This document shows positions 26,342 to 42,400 of a stretch of 64,000 nucleotides of DNA, piece after piece. Below the pieces are notes generated by a model that was given only the letters and a program-made list of their open reading frames with translations, was not told the origin of the DNA and did not search any database. The position numbers and the translations under genes are program-made. Origin of the DNA: Eledone cirrhosa (lineage: Eukaryota); assembly GCA_964016885.1 (NCBI GenBank), contig OZ024740.1, positions 230,454,001-230,518,000 of the forward strand, in the 5' to 3' direction. Each line of letters begins with the position of its first letter. The stretch's first letter is position 1.

Positions 26342-27463
26342 CTCCTACTCTACTACACCTAACTTAACTAGGAATATAGCCAACCTCAACACCGTACCAC
26401 AAACCTAATGAATCCCTTAGATACGTACCATCCCCAAAATATTACTGATAATTTAGTTAAAAGTGTCTCACTTAGAATTTCCGGTCTCTCAACCAATGAA
26501 GACATATTTAGTACCTCTGCCCCTTACTACAATGAAGGCCTTGCCCGCAGTGGCTTTAAAGAAAAGATTATCTATCTAGAAAACACCCCAAGACCACTAA
26601 AGAGAAATAGGCATAGCTAAATTAGTTGGTATAGCCCCCCTCCCCTTCAACAGAGAGGCATCTACACCAATAGCTAAGACTTTCTTCAAATTACTAAATA
26701 AAGACATTCCCACACAACATAGGTACTATAGTACACTATTTTTAATAAGAACACGATAAGACTCTCCTACTCTACTACACCTAACTTAACTAGGAATATA
26801 GCCAACCTCAACACCGCTAAATTAAATAAGCCTACTACCTCCGAAACCCACCCCTGGACGGGAGCCTTGTGCAACTGCCACAATAAAGAAGCGTGTCCCT
26901 CAAAAACAAATGCCTGATGAATAACATCGTATATAAATGCAATGTTGTCTCAGGCATTGGCAACAACAAAAAAACATATCGGAATGACATCTAACAAATT
27001 TAAGACCTGGTAGTATGCCCATACCCACTCGTTCAGATGACCGGACAAATCCAACCAAACAACACTTGCCGCCTATGTCTGGGACCTCAAGAGGAACTTC
27101 ATCTCCCTCACGCTCAAATGGAAGTTACTCCAGAGAGTGCACTCATACATAGGAGGACACAAGTGTTGCGACCTTTGTATTTCGGAGACTATTTCGGAAA
27201 TGCTATTTGCCAACGGCCTGACCCTGAACAAACTCTCTGAACACTGCCCGAAGCAGAGTTTCCCCAGTTAAGAGAAGGCCTGCGGGAGTAACTGGACATT
27301 TGGAAAGGTTGCTTCGAAAGATTAAGACGCATCTGAGGATCTTGCGATTTCAGAGTCAGGTTCGATCATCGCATCGATCGTGCCTCGAGCTGGTCGCCAG
27401 AGAAACGATTGTAATGTGCCTAATAAATTTTAATTCGTCTCACCACTGATTCTCCGTTTCTTA
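26342..27463 (+). mobile_element. Penelope-like retroelement (Naiad-like), 5'-truncated, decayed
   Basis: Thumb HPQNI...RISGLSTNEDIF...YYNEGLARSGF; linker CNCHNKEACP..KCL; GIY-YIG IVYKC...YIGMTS; C-terminal CDLC; stops and frameshifts; ends at (TA)n. Confidence 0.88.
27329..27417 (+). ncRNA. Hammerhead ribozyme in the PLE 3' region
   Basis: GCAT-CTGAGGA-TCTTGCGA...TCGCCAGA-GAAA-CGATTG-TA-ATGT; canonical core. Confidence 0.72.
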
Positions 27464-27464
27464 T

Positions 27465-27505
<41 letters not shown>

Positions 27506-27672
27506 TTCCATGTACTGTGTCGTTTGTTTTGTTATTTCTGTTCACCCCACCCCCCACCCCCACACACACACACACACACACACATATATTTGCTCTACGG
27601 TTCTTATATATTTGATATATATTTATCCTTATCGAGCCCTCTTTGGATTTTAGTCTTCAAATTTATTATTAT

Positions 27673-27709
<37 letters not shown>

Positions 27710-28137
27710 TACACACAAAGTGTGTTCTTAACATAATTCTCGGGAATATTTAGCGTGAGACAGTGTGTAACAAGACTGCCCATTTGTATGATTAGTATAG
27801 TTCATCTGACGGGCTCCCAAATATTTTCCATCTATTAAATTTCACTCATAAAAGTTACGATAAATGACGCGTGCTTAAGACGGCATGCAGTAGAATCAAA
27901 TCTGGAACGTAATGATTGCGAAGCACACTTCTTAACCAATCTGCCAGACCACGTCCACTCTCTCTCTCTCTCTCGCGCGCGGTAGAGCCATCTTAGATGA
28001 AACAATCTATTATATTCACTTTTTTGTTATTTGTCATGAAATAAGCATGATCTCAGATCAAGTCATTTGCCAACTAAATAAAACTCCGAAATAAACTTTC
28101 CATATATTTTAATATATATGGGTCGAAATGTTTCATT

Positions 28138-28179
<42 letters not shown>

Positions 28180-28181
28180 CG

Positions 28182-28224
<43 letters not shown>

Positions 28225-28295
28225 GATATTTTCTTCAATTGGACTATCTGTATTTCTGTATCTCCTTTGTGATCCTGTCTCTACTCTAATTTTGT

Positions 28296-28331
28296 ACTCC
28301 TGAAGAAGGGCTAAAGCCCGACAAGTCAAAC
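28296..28331 (+). ncRNA. Degenerate minimal hammerhead motif
   Basis: CTGAAGA-A-GGGC-TAAA-GCCC-GACAA-GTC; GAAA and stem I damaged. Confidence 0.4.
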
Positions 28332-28405
28332 TTTCTTTCTCCTTTGCCATATAATGCGTGAAACTAATAAGACTTTTTGTACGTCTGTTTGTTGTGCCCT
28401 TGAAC

Positions 28406-28492
<87 letters not shown>

Positions 28493-28493
<1 letters not shown>

Positions 28494-30804
28494 ATTAGAT
28501 TCGAAAATAGCTACTGGGAACGAAAAGACAGACAGAATAGCTTCGATATCACAATGGGATCTAGCTACTCAGCACAGGTAACAGACATAGTTGGATTATA
28601 TATAGTGCATAACTTACATAAGGAATTTAATAACCTCCAATGAGGAATTTATAGAGACGACACACTCCTTATAGCTAAAAACTTAAATAATCAAAACATG
28701 GAAAGATTAAGGAAAAACATCAGAGTCTTCTTCAACAAACTAGGCCTAGGTATCACTTTCGAACTTAACTCTAAAAAAGCAAACTTCTTAGATTTAACAC
28801 TCAACCTAAACACGGGACTAATAGAGCACTTCCATAAAAATAACGAAAGTCTAGCCAACATTAGTCAAACCACCCTCGATCCATAATTAACTCCATAATA
28901 CATAGATATCCCTCAAAATATCCCGCCCATCTTCTAACCTAGAGATTTTTAACAAACACGCAAACTACTATAACATAGCTTTACATAAGGCAGGACATAA
29001 GGAGGGGTTCAAATACATAGAGACAGCAACAACAAACCTAACGTCAGCTATACTACCCACACCTATAGAAATAACAAACATAGCACTAAACCTAGAATTA
29101 GACAACGAGCACCAGAAATAACTGAACCGAATACTAATATAGGGACCCCTAGGAACTATAGAAAACCCAGAGATAGGAAATACTTATGGTTTAATCCAAT
29201 ATTCAACTCCTCCATAAAAACCAAACTGCCTTCTACATTCTTTAAGCTAATTGACAAACACTTCCCTAAACTGCACAAATACCATAGAATCTTTAACAGA
29301 AAAAACTATCAAACTCTCTTACTCTACTGCAGCCAACATAGAATCACACATACATAAAATCAACTACAAAAGAATCTCTAAAGAAAATTACCTACCAACA
29401 TACACCATAGCACCAAATACAAAATGCAAACACATAAAAACATCACAACCACACACACATCAGGGCGCATCACAACAAAACATTAATAAGCCTAAATCTC
29501 AGCCCATCCATAGCAACATACAAAACCGCAACAGGAAACCTACCCACAGGAAGGCCTCCAACTGTAACTGCCACTTGCCGGATAAGTGCCCACTATAAAA
29601 TAGATGCCTGGAATCAAGTATGTATACCTGTGTACTATAAATTCGGGCAACTTAACATGGCACTACATAAGTTCCACGGCTGGGGAATTCAAAAAAAGGT
29701 GGTACGTTCACAGACACTCTATGAAGAACCGTAGACTAGAGCACTCAACAACGCTGGCCAATAAAATCTGGCAGCTTAAGGACACAAACCAGGAATATGG
29801 GATTAGCTGGTCGAAATTATCGGGAGCAAGGGCCTACAACAATGGAATGTCCCACTGCGCACTTTGCAATATGGAGCTATTCCATATTTTAAAGTATGAT
29901 AAAATGCTGCTTAACAGCAAAATAGAAAGATCAATTTTCTGTAGGCACAAAGCAGCTACCAAGTCCGCAAAACTCAAACCAACATGATTCTATCCAGCAA
30001 TCTCAGAATTCGAGCTGAACCACCCGGATTTTAATGTACTGACTACATACCACCCCACTGTTATTAGCTGTCAACTGACCGACTGGTCACTAGATCAACA
30101 TCATAAATCTCCTAACCTTTCTTTCACTCTCTCTCCCTTAAAGCCACATCAACCCCATTAAGATAAGACAATCAGCATGCTGGACATTTACCACACACAC
30201 ACACATATATCAAAACTCTCCATCTCAATTCTTATCCTCTATCTACCTTCCCCATCCTTTTCCCTACCCCTTGTCTCATCCTCGTATCTCTTCCCCTCTC
30301 ACTTAATTTTTAATTTAATATTTTTTATCTTTTATCTGTCATTTGTAACTATTTTTTTATTTTCTACTCTAACCCTCCGAGATTTGATCACCACGTGGTA
30401 TGTATGTATTTGATGTTGCTTTTCATGTTAGTATTATCTTTACACATACACTTACTCACTACCACCACTATTATCAGCAATCGCATTCTGTACTTATTAT
30501 TCTTTTTACTTATTTTTTACATCTGTACCATCTTCATTCTATCTTCTTTACCTCTTTATCATTATCTTTTATTATTGATGTTATTGTTTTGATACTGCGT
30601 TGTATCTCTATATATACCAATGACATATGTAAAACCTCCAGTATTCCGATGATTTGATCAGAGGTAAACACTGTATTTAAGGTCGAGTGACGCAAATTCG
30701 GGTGATTAGCGACCTTTAGTCTCACCTGATCAATGAAACAACTGTTAATACTTGAAATAAAACCATTTTGTACAGTCGACCAAGCTATGCTCGAAGCTAA
30801 ATTC

Positions 30805-30810
<6 letters not shown>
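28493..30810 (+). mobile_element. Penelope-like retroelement (Naiad-like), 5'-truncated in RT
   Basis: MGSSYSAQVTDIVGL, GIYRDD, NFLDLTLNL, WFNP, CNCHLPDKCPL, VYLC...YISSTAGEFKKRW..H, CALC; flanked by (GT)n and (TA)n. Confidence 0.92.
30640..30752 (+). ncRNA. Hammerhead ribozyme, U4C variant with long stem II, at the PLE 3' end
   Basis: Stem I AGTATT/AATACT; CCGATGA; TTGATCAG/CTGATCAA; GAAA-CAACTG-TT; the related 3' half at ~32830-32910 reads GAAACAATTGTTAATACT. Confidence 0.68.
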
Positions 30811-30864
<54 letters not shown>

Positions 30865-30869
<5 letters not shown>

Positions 30870-31484
30870 AATATGGGGAGAAGAATACTGCATGGTTGCA
30901 CATGGATTACATGTTATAAAATGAGTCCCTCATCAGTGATTTGCCAACGATCATTGGTATTTCATCGCATTAAAAACCATATACCTCACGTTGGTGCGAC
31001 GATAACTAAAATAAGTTATTAGGACAATTGAAACGCGTAAAGCGAGTGAGACAAGTAAACAACACAGGGGAAAGCTAACCGAAGATAGAAAGAAACACAA
31101 GCAACATGGTTATTCTGTCAGTATAAGCTGGGTGAATACATGTGCGAGTAAGACACAGACCTTCCGCTAGTGAATCCGATGTAAGAAAGAAGGAAAATCG
31201 GGTTCGTAGCGGACGGGGGGAAGTGAGAAGGGGAGAAACAGAGAGTGAGTGAGTGGAAGTGCGAGGAAGAGGTCAGTAGAGAGAAAGTGTTAACTGACAT
31301 GACAGAGGGGACGAAAGAAAGTAAGAGAAACAGAGAGAACGGGGGGAGCAGTAAGAGAGAAAGAGAGAAACACAGAATCGCAGTTTAGGTAAATATATGT
31401 GAAAAATATGGGGAGAAGAATACTGCATGGTTGCACATGGATTACATGTTATAAAATGAGTCCCTCATCAGTGATTTGCCAACG

Positions 31485-31489
<5 letters not shown>
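30865..31489. mobile_element. Short element with 90-bp perfect terminal direct repeats (pseudo-LTR-like)
   Basis: 30865-30954 = 31400-31489; (TA)n on both sides; CTGATGA on the - strand but no complete HHR. Confidence 0.7.
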
Positions 31490-31528
<39 letters not shown>

Positions 31529-31655
31529 TGTATATATAATGTATTTTGCAATGCACTGTATGCTTAATTAAAAGCATTTCGAAGACCTTACGCTATTGTT
31601 TTAGAGTAGTGACAGTCTCACTTACTTTAAATTTTCAGCAAACAAAAGGAGATAA

Positions 31656-31700
31656 AGCTGACAGAGCTTTGTTTCGTACTTTTTGGTACTTATCAAAGCT
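31656..31700 (-). ncRNA. Minimal hammerhead, U3-A8 variant
   Basis: - strand AGCT-TTGATAA-GTAC-caaaaa-GTAC-GAAA-CAAAGCTCTG-TC-AGCT. Confidence 0.78.
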
Positions 31701-31975
31701 AAGTACTCCATCTATTTGCTGAAAATTATGAATGTTTGATTCTTATAGAATTCTAGTAATTATCAGGAACTGATTATACAGAGCGGTGCCGGTCAAGCAG
31801 AAATTGAAAATTAGAATTGGTGCTCCGAAATAGCGATATATATATGAATGTATATATAGTGTATTTTGCAATACACTGTATGCTTAATTAAAAGCATTTC
31901 GAAGACCTTATGCTATTGTTTTAGAGTAGTGACAGTCTCACTTACTTTAAATTTTCAGCAAACAAGGGGAGATAA

Positions 31976-32020
31976 AACTGACAGAGCTATGTTTCGTACT
32001 TTTTGGTACTTATCAAAGCC
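31976..32020 (-). ncRNA. Minimal hammerhead, U3-A8 variant (tandem copy)
   Basis: - strand GGCT-TTGATAA-GTAC-caaaaa-GTAC-GAAA-CATAGCTCTG-TC-AGTT. Confidence 0.75.
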
Positions 32021-32170
32021 AAGTACTCCACCTGTTTGCTGAAAATCATGAATGTCTAATTTTCAATTTCTGCTTCACCGGCAACTGCTCTGTATAATCA
32101 GTTCCTGATTATTACTAGAATTCTATAAGAATCAAACATTCATGATTTTCAGCAAACAGGTGGAGTACTT

Positions 32171-32215
32171 AACTTTGATAAGTACCAAAAAGTACGAAAC
32201 AGAGCTCTGTCAGCT
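32171..32215 (+). ncRNA. Minimal hammerhead, U3-A8 variant (inverted copy)
   Basis: AACT-TTGATAA-GTAC-caaaaa-GTAC-GAAA-CAGAGCTCTG-TC-AGCT; perfectly palindromic stem III ACAGAGCTCTGT. Confidence 0.75.
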
Positions 32216-32532
32216 TTATCTCCCCTGTTTGCTGAAAATTTAAATTAAGTGAGACTGTCACTACTCTAAAACAATAGCATAATGTCTTCGAAATGCTTTT
32301 AATTAAACATACAGTGTATTGCAAAATACATTATATATACATTCATATATATATCGCTATTTCAGAGCACCAATTCTAATTTTAATATATATATATATAT
32401 AAGTCAGCCAGTATCTGTAAGATATGGAGTTCGATTCTTCATAACGACCGCTGCCTGCTTTTTTCCGTCTGTATGGGGTCTTAACTATTTATAGTAACCA
32501 ACTGCTTTTACAGTTTTCCTATATTTTCTCTG

Positions 32533-32568
<36 letters not shown>

Positions 32569-32724
32569 AAACTGGTTTGACCATTATTCAACAGAGAACT
32601 TTATACTTGGTTAGTAGATTATGGTTATATTATAAAGAGTTGGGACCCCGACGTCTAAGCTGTTGTCGATTCAACAGCTAATTCTAGATATATATATTTA
32701 CATATATATAGCTAGATATATATA

Positions 32725-32813
<89 letters not shown>

Positions 32814-33131
32814 AAAGAACGAGGAATGTAATTAAAGTCGAGTGACGTGACTTCTAACGATTACCGACTTTTAGATACACTGGACTAATGAAACAATTGT
32901 TAATACTTTAAATAAACCCTATTGTACAGCCGACCATGTTATTGCTCATTCTTTTACTATTATTACTCCAAGAACCGCCTCCCTAGGAACTTTCTTAAAC
33001 CAGCCACCCGACTAAGGAAACCTCTTGTTGAGTCAAACAACGCCGTACGTTAAAACTATCCTCGATACAGAGTACTCATAACTTCTAGCTGGATTACTTT
33101 AAATGATATCTTGTCATCTTATACATGTTAT

Positions 33132-35256
<2,125 letters not shown>

Positions 35257-35265
35257 ATATATGTG

Positions 35266-35298
<33 letters not shown>

Positions 35299-35299
35299 G

Positions 35300-35482
<183 letters not shown>

Positions 35483-35648
35483 GCTATTTTTAGTGGCGAG
35501 ATAGACAACACGTCTATGTTGACTTCCGCTTCTACTAAGGGCTGGTTCATGCATAGGTCAAATTTTCGGCCCCATTCGATCCTGTGCTAGCTGGCAGATG
35601 GCAATATATTTTGCCGTTCCCGGGACTTTTTGTCCTAGGAAAGGAAAA

Positions 35649-35731
35649 TGCTTTCTGATCATCTAAACTTTCCTTTGGAGATTCGTGGGGATCTCCAATC
35701 TTTTGTGAAGTGAAACCGTTCGGTAAAAGCA
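35649..35731 (+). ncRNA. Degenerate hammerhead (G8C)
   Basis: Stem I TGCTTT/AAAGCA; CTGATCA; GAAA-CCG-TT-CGG-TA; base of stem II imperfect. Confidence 0.5.
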
Positions 35732-35929
35732 ATTTGAATAGGTAAATATTTTAATTATATTTTTTAATTTATTTTTAAAAATTGTTTGAATTTTGCTTGC
35801 TCCGCTTACCTCAATTTTATAGTTCTGGTATGTCAAATTAATACCATTGAACAACCATTGTATCATAGACACCCTATATATTTCCAGGGGTACTTAGTAC
35901 CTGTGGGGATATTAACTTCTTATATATAT

Positions 35930-35974
<45 letters not shown>

Positions 35975-36263
35975 CATATATATGTATACATACATACATA
36001 TATATATATATATTTTTGTGGGGAATGGGGTGTATACATGTGCGTGTGTGTGTGGGGGGGGGGGGACAAGAATCCCAACAGACAATGTCAGTATCTAAAC
36101 CCACTGCTCCCATGACTGTCGTCTGACTCATTCACATGTTTGTGTCTATGGGAGTAAAGACAATATTTCATGGTGTCAGACGACAGCAGATGCCTAAGAA
36201 TTCATCATCCATCTAGACCTCACCCCTCCACAACACCCTTCATTCGTTTACTCATTCTTCGTC

Positions 36264-36306
<43 letters not shown>

Positions 36307-36439
36307 GCTCTTCCTTCTTCTTCTCATTCTTCTTCTCCCCGTCGCCATCATCACCATTGTCATCCTCATTTTTGTCGTCGTCGTTATTCATCACCGACGT
36401 CGCCGTTGTCATCGTCGTGCTTCTCGTCGTTGTGATCTT

Positions 36440-39400
36440 CGTTGGCATCGTCATAATCGCCCTCATCATCATCATCATCATCATCATCGTCATCGTCATA
36501 ATCGCCCTCATCATCATCATCATCATCGTCATCGTCATAATCGCCCTCATCATCATCATCATCATCGTCATCGTCATAATCGCCCTCATCATCATCATCA
36601 TCGTCATAATCGCCCTCATCATCATCGTCATCGTCATCATCATCATCGTCATCGTCATAATCGCTCTCATCATCATCATCATCGTCATCGTCATCGTCAT
36701 CGTCATTATCGTCAAAATCATCATCGTTGTCATCAAAATTATCGTCGTTGTCATCATCATCATCATCATCATCGTCGTGGTCGTCAACGTTTTTATCATT
36801 GTGGTCTTCGTCGTCGTCATCATCATTTTCCTCTTACCATCGTCGTAATCATCATCTTCATACCATCGTCGTCATCATCATCTTCATACCATCGTCGTCA
36901 TCATTATCTTCATACCATCGTCGTCGTCATCATCTTCATACCATCGTCGTCGTCATCATCTTCATACCATCGTCGTCATCATCATCGTCGTCATCATCAT
37001 CTTCATACCATCGCCGTCATCATCACCTTCATACCATCGCCGTCATCATCATCTTCATACCATCGTCGTCACCATCATCTTCATACCATCGTCGTAATCA
37101 TCATCATCTTCATACCATCGTCGTAATCATCATTATCTTCATACCATCGTCGTCATCATCATCTTCATACCATCGTCGTCACCATCATCTTCATACCATC
37201 GTCGTCATCATCATCTTCATACCGTCGTCGTCATCATCATCTTCATACCATCGTCGTAATCATCATCATCTTCATACCATCGTCGTAATCATCATCATCT
37301 TCATACCATCGTCGTAATCATCATCTTCATACCATCGTCGACATCATCATCTTCATACCATCGTCGTCATCATTATCTTCATACCATCGTCGTCGTCATC
37401 ATCTTCATACCATCGTCGTCGTCATCATCTTCATACCATCGTCGTCATCATCATCGTCGTTATCATCATCTTCATACCATCGCCGTCATCATCATCTTCA
37501 TACCATCGCCGTCATCATCATCTTCATACCATCGTCGTCATCATCATCTTCATACCTTAGACGTCATCATCATCTTCATACCATCGCCATCATCATTTTC
37601 CTCTTACCATCGTCGCAATCATCATCTTCATACCATCGTCATAATCATCATCTTCATACCATCGTCGACATCATCATCTTCATACCATCGTCGTCATCAT
37701 TATCTTCATACCATCGTCGTCATCATTATCTTCATACCATCGTCGTCGTCATCATCTTCATACCATCGTCGTCGTCATCATCTTCATACCATCGTCGTCA
37801 TCATCATCGTCGTCATCATCATCTTCATACCATCGCCGTCATCATCACCTTCATACCATCGCCGTCATCATCATCTTCATACCATCGTCGTCATCATCAT
37901 CTTCATACCATCGTCGTCACCATCATCTTCATACCATCGTCGTCATCATCATCTTCATACCGTCGTCGTCATCATCATCTTCATACCATCGTCGTAATCA
38001 TCATCATCTTCATACCATCGTCGTAATCATCATCATCTTCATACCATCGTCGTAATCATCATCATCTTCATACCATCGTCGTAATCATCATCTTCATACC
38101 ATCGTCGTCATCATCATCTTCATACCATCGTCGTAATCATCATCATCTTACCATCGTCATCATCATCATCTTCATACCATCGTCGTAATCATCATCATCT
38201 TCATACCATCGTCGATATCATCATCTTCATACCTTAGACGTCATCATCATCTTCATACCATTGTCGATATCATCATCTTCATACCATCGTCGACATCATC
38301 ATCTTCATACCATCGTCGTAGTCATCATCATCTTCATACCATCGTCGTCATCATCATCTTCATACCATCGTTTTCATCATCATCTTCATACCATCGTCGT
38401 CATCATCATCTTCATACCATCGTCATAGTCATCATCATCTTCATACCATCGTCGTCATCATCATCTTCATACCATCGTCGTAGTCATCATCATCTTCATA
38501 CCATCGCCGTCATCATCATCTTCATACCATCGTCGTCATCATCATCTTCATACCATCGTCGTAATCATCATCATCTTACCATCGTCATCATCATCATCTT
38601 CATACCATCGTCATCATCATCATCTTCATACCATCGTCGACATCATCATCTTCATACCATCGTCGACATCATCATCTTCATACCATCGTCGTCATCATCA
38701 TCTTCATACCATCGCCGTCATCGTCATCTTCATACCATCGCCGTCATCATCATCTTCATACCATCGTCGTCAACATCATCTTCATACCATCGTTTTCATC
38801 ATCATCTTCATACCATCGTCGTCATCATCATCTTCATACCATCGTCGTCATCATCATCTTCATACCATCGTTGTCATCATCATCTTCATACCATCGTCGT
38901 AATCATCATCTTCATACCATCGCCGTCATCATCATCTTCATACCATCGTCGTCACCATCATCTTCATACCATCGTCGTAGTCATCATCATCTTCATACCA
39001 TCGTCGTAATCATCATTATCTTCATACCATCGTCGTCATCATCATCTTCATACCGTCGTCGTCGTCATCATCTTCATACCATCGTCGTAATCATCATCAT
39101 CTTCATACCATCGTCGTAATCATCATCATCTTCATACCATCGTCGTAATCATCATCATCTTTATACCATCGTCGATATCATCATCTTCATACCATCGTCG
39201 ACATCATCATCTTCATGCCATCGTCGTCATCATCATCTTCATACCATCGTCGTCATCATCATCTTCATACCATCGCCGTCATCATCATCTTCATACCATC
39301 GTCGTCATCATCATCTTCATACCTTAGACGTCATCATCTTCATACCATCGCCGTCATCATCATCTTCATACCATCGCCGTCATCATCATCTTCATACCAT

Positions 39401-42400
39401 CGTCGTCATCATCATCTTCATACCATCGTCGTCATCATCATCTTCATACCATCGTCGTCATCATCATCTTCATACCATCGTCGTCATCATCATCATCATA
39501 CCATCGTCGTCATCAACATCTTCATTCCATCGTCGTAATCATCATCATCATCATACCATCGTCGTCATCATCATCTTCATACCATCGTCGTCATCATCAT
39601 CTTCATACCATCGTCGTAATCATCATCTTCATACCATCGTCGTAATCATCATCTTCATACCATCGTCGTAATCATCATCATCTTCATACCATCGCCGTCA
39701 TCATCATCTTCATACCATCGTCGTCATCATCATCTTCATACCATCGTCGTCATCATCATCTTCATACCATCGTCAACATCATCATCTTCATACCATCGTC
39801 GTCATCATCATCTTCATACCATCGTCGTCATCATCATCTTCATACCATCGCCGTCATCATCATCTTCATACCATCGTCGTCATCATCATCCATCACCATA
39901 CCATCGTCGTAATCATCATCATCTTCATACCATCGTCGTAATCATCATCATCTTCATACCATCGTCGTCATTATCATCTTCATACCATCGTCGTAATCAT
40001 CATCATCATCATACCATCGTCGTAATCATCATCATCTTCATACCATCGTCGTCATCATCATCTTCATACCATCGTCGTCATCATCATCTTCATACCATCG
40101 TCGTAGTCATCATCATCTTCATACCATCGTCGTCATCATCATCTTCATACCATCGTCGTCATCATCATCTTCATACCATCGTTGTAATCATCATCATCTT
40201 ACCATCGTCGTCATCATCATCTTCATACCATCGTCGTCATCATCATCTTCATACCATCGTCGTCATCATCATCTTCATACCATCGCCGTCATCATCATCT
40301 TCATACCATCGTCGTCATCATCATCTTCATACCTTAGACGTCATCATCATCTTCATACCATCGTCATCATCATCATCTTCATACCATCGTCATCATCATC
40401 ATCTTCATACCATCGTCGACATCATCATCTTCATACCATCGTCGACATCATCATCTTCATACCATCGTCGACATCATCATATTCATACCATCGTCGTCAT
40501 CATCATCTTCATACCATCGCCGTCATCATCATCTTCATACCATCGTCGTCAACATCATCTTCATACCATCGTCGTCATCATCATCATCATACCATCGTCG
40601 TCATCATCATCTTCATACCATCGGTTTCATCATCATCTTCATACTATCGTCGTCATCATCATCTTCATACCATCGTCGTCATCATCATCTTCATACCATC
40701 GTTGTCATCATCATCTTCATACCATCGTTGTAATCATCATCTTCATACCATCGTCATCATCATCATCTTCATACCATCGTCGTCATCATCATCTTCATAC
40801 CATCGTCGTCATCATCATTTTCATACCATCGTCGTAATCATCATCTTCATACCATCGTCGTCATCATCATCTTCATACCATCGTCGTCATCATCATTTTC
40901 ATACCATCGTCGTAATCATCATCATCTTACCATCGTCGTCATCATCATCTTCATACCATCGTTGTCATCATCATCTTCATACCATCGTTGTAATCATCAT
41001 CTTTATACCATCGTTGTCATCATCATCTTCATACCATCGTCGTTATCATCATCTTCATACCATCGTCGTCATCATCATCTTCATACCATCGTCGTAATCA
41101 TTATCATCTTCATACCATCGTCGTAATCATCATTATCTTCATACCATCGTCGTCATCATCATCTTCATACCATCGTCGTCATCATCATCTTCATACCATC
41201 GTCGTCATCATCATCTTCATACCGTCGTCGTCATCATCATCTTCATACCATCGTCGTAATCATCATCATCTTCATACCATCGTCGTAATCATCATCATCT
41301 TCATACCATCGTCGTAATCATCATCATCTTCATACCATCGTCGACATCATCATCTTCATACCATCGTCGACATCATCATCTTCATACCATCGTCGTCATC
41401 ATCATCTTCATACCATCGTCGACATCATCATCTTCATACTATCGTCGTCATCATCATCTTCATACCATCGCCGTCATCATCATCTTCATACCATCGTCGT
41501 CATCATCATCCATCACCATACCATCGTCGTAATCATCATCATCATCATACCATCGTCGTAATCATCATCATCTTCATACCATCGCCGTCATCATCATCTT
41601 CATACCATCGTCGTCATCATTATCTTCATACCATCGTCGTCATCATCATCTTCATACCATCGTCGTCATCATCATCTTCATACCATCGTCGTAATCATCA
41701 TCATCTTCATACCATCGTCGTAATCATCATCTTCATACCATCGTCGTAATCATCATCATCTTCATACCATCGTAGTCATCATCATCTTCATACCATCGTC
41801 GTAATCATCATCATCTTCATACCATCGTCGTCATCATCATTATCTTCATACCATCGCCGTCATCATCATCTTCATACCATCGTCGTAATCATCATCTTCA
41901 TACCATCGTCGTCATCATCATCTTCATACCATCGTCGTCATCATCATCTTCATACCATCGCCGTCATCATCATCTTCATACCATCGTCGTCATCATCATC
42001 TTCATACCATCGTCGACATCATCATCTTCATACCATCGTCGACATCCTCATCTTCATACCATCGTCGTCATCATCATCTTCATACCATCGTCGTCATCAT
42101 CATCTTCATACCATCGTCGTCATCATTATCTTCATACCATCGTCGTCATCATCATCTTCATACCATAGTCGTAGTCATCATCATCTTCATACCATCGTCG
42201 TCATCATCATCTTCATACCATCGTCGTAATCATCATCTTCATACCATCGTCGTCATCATCATCTTCATACCATCGTCGTCATCATTATCTTCATACCATC
42301 GTCGTCATCATTATCTTCATACCATCGTCGTCGTCATCATCTTCATACCATCGTCGTCATCATCATCTTCATACCATCGTCGTCATCATCATCATCTTCT

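Larger units (their letters stand above)
31526..32385. mobile_element. Family C: 320-bp unit in tandem (~1.7 copies) followed by an inverted copy
   Basis: 31526-31737 repeated at 31846-32056; inverted copy 32057-32385; (TA)n flanks; one HHR per unit. Confidence 0.85.

Noticed and set aside
36170-41097. His/Ser/Ile-rich ORFs
   Set aside because: The 26-bp unit is not a multiple of 3, so the frames cycle; TAA variants interrupt them at random
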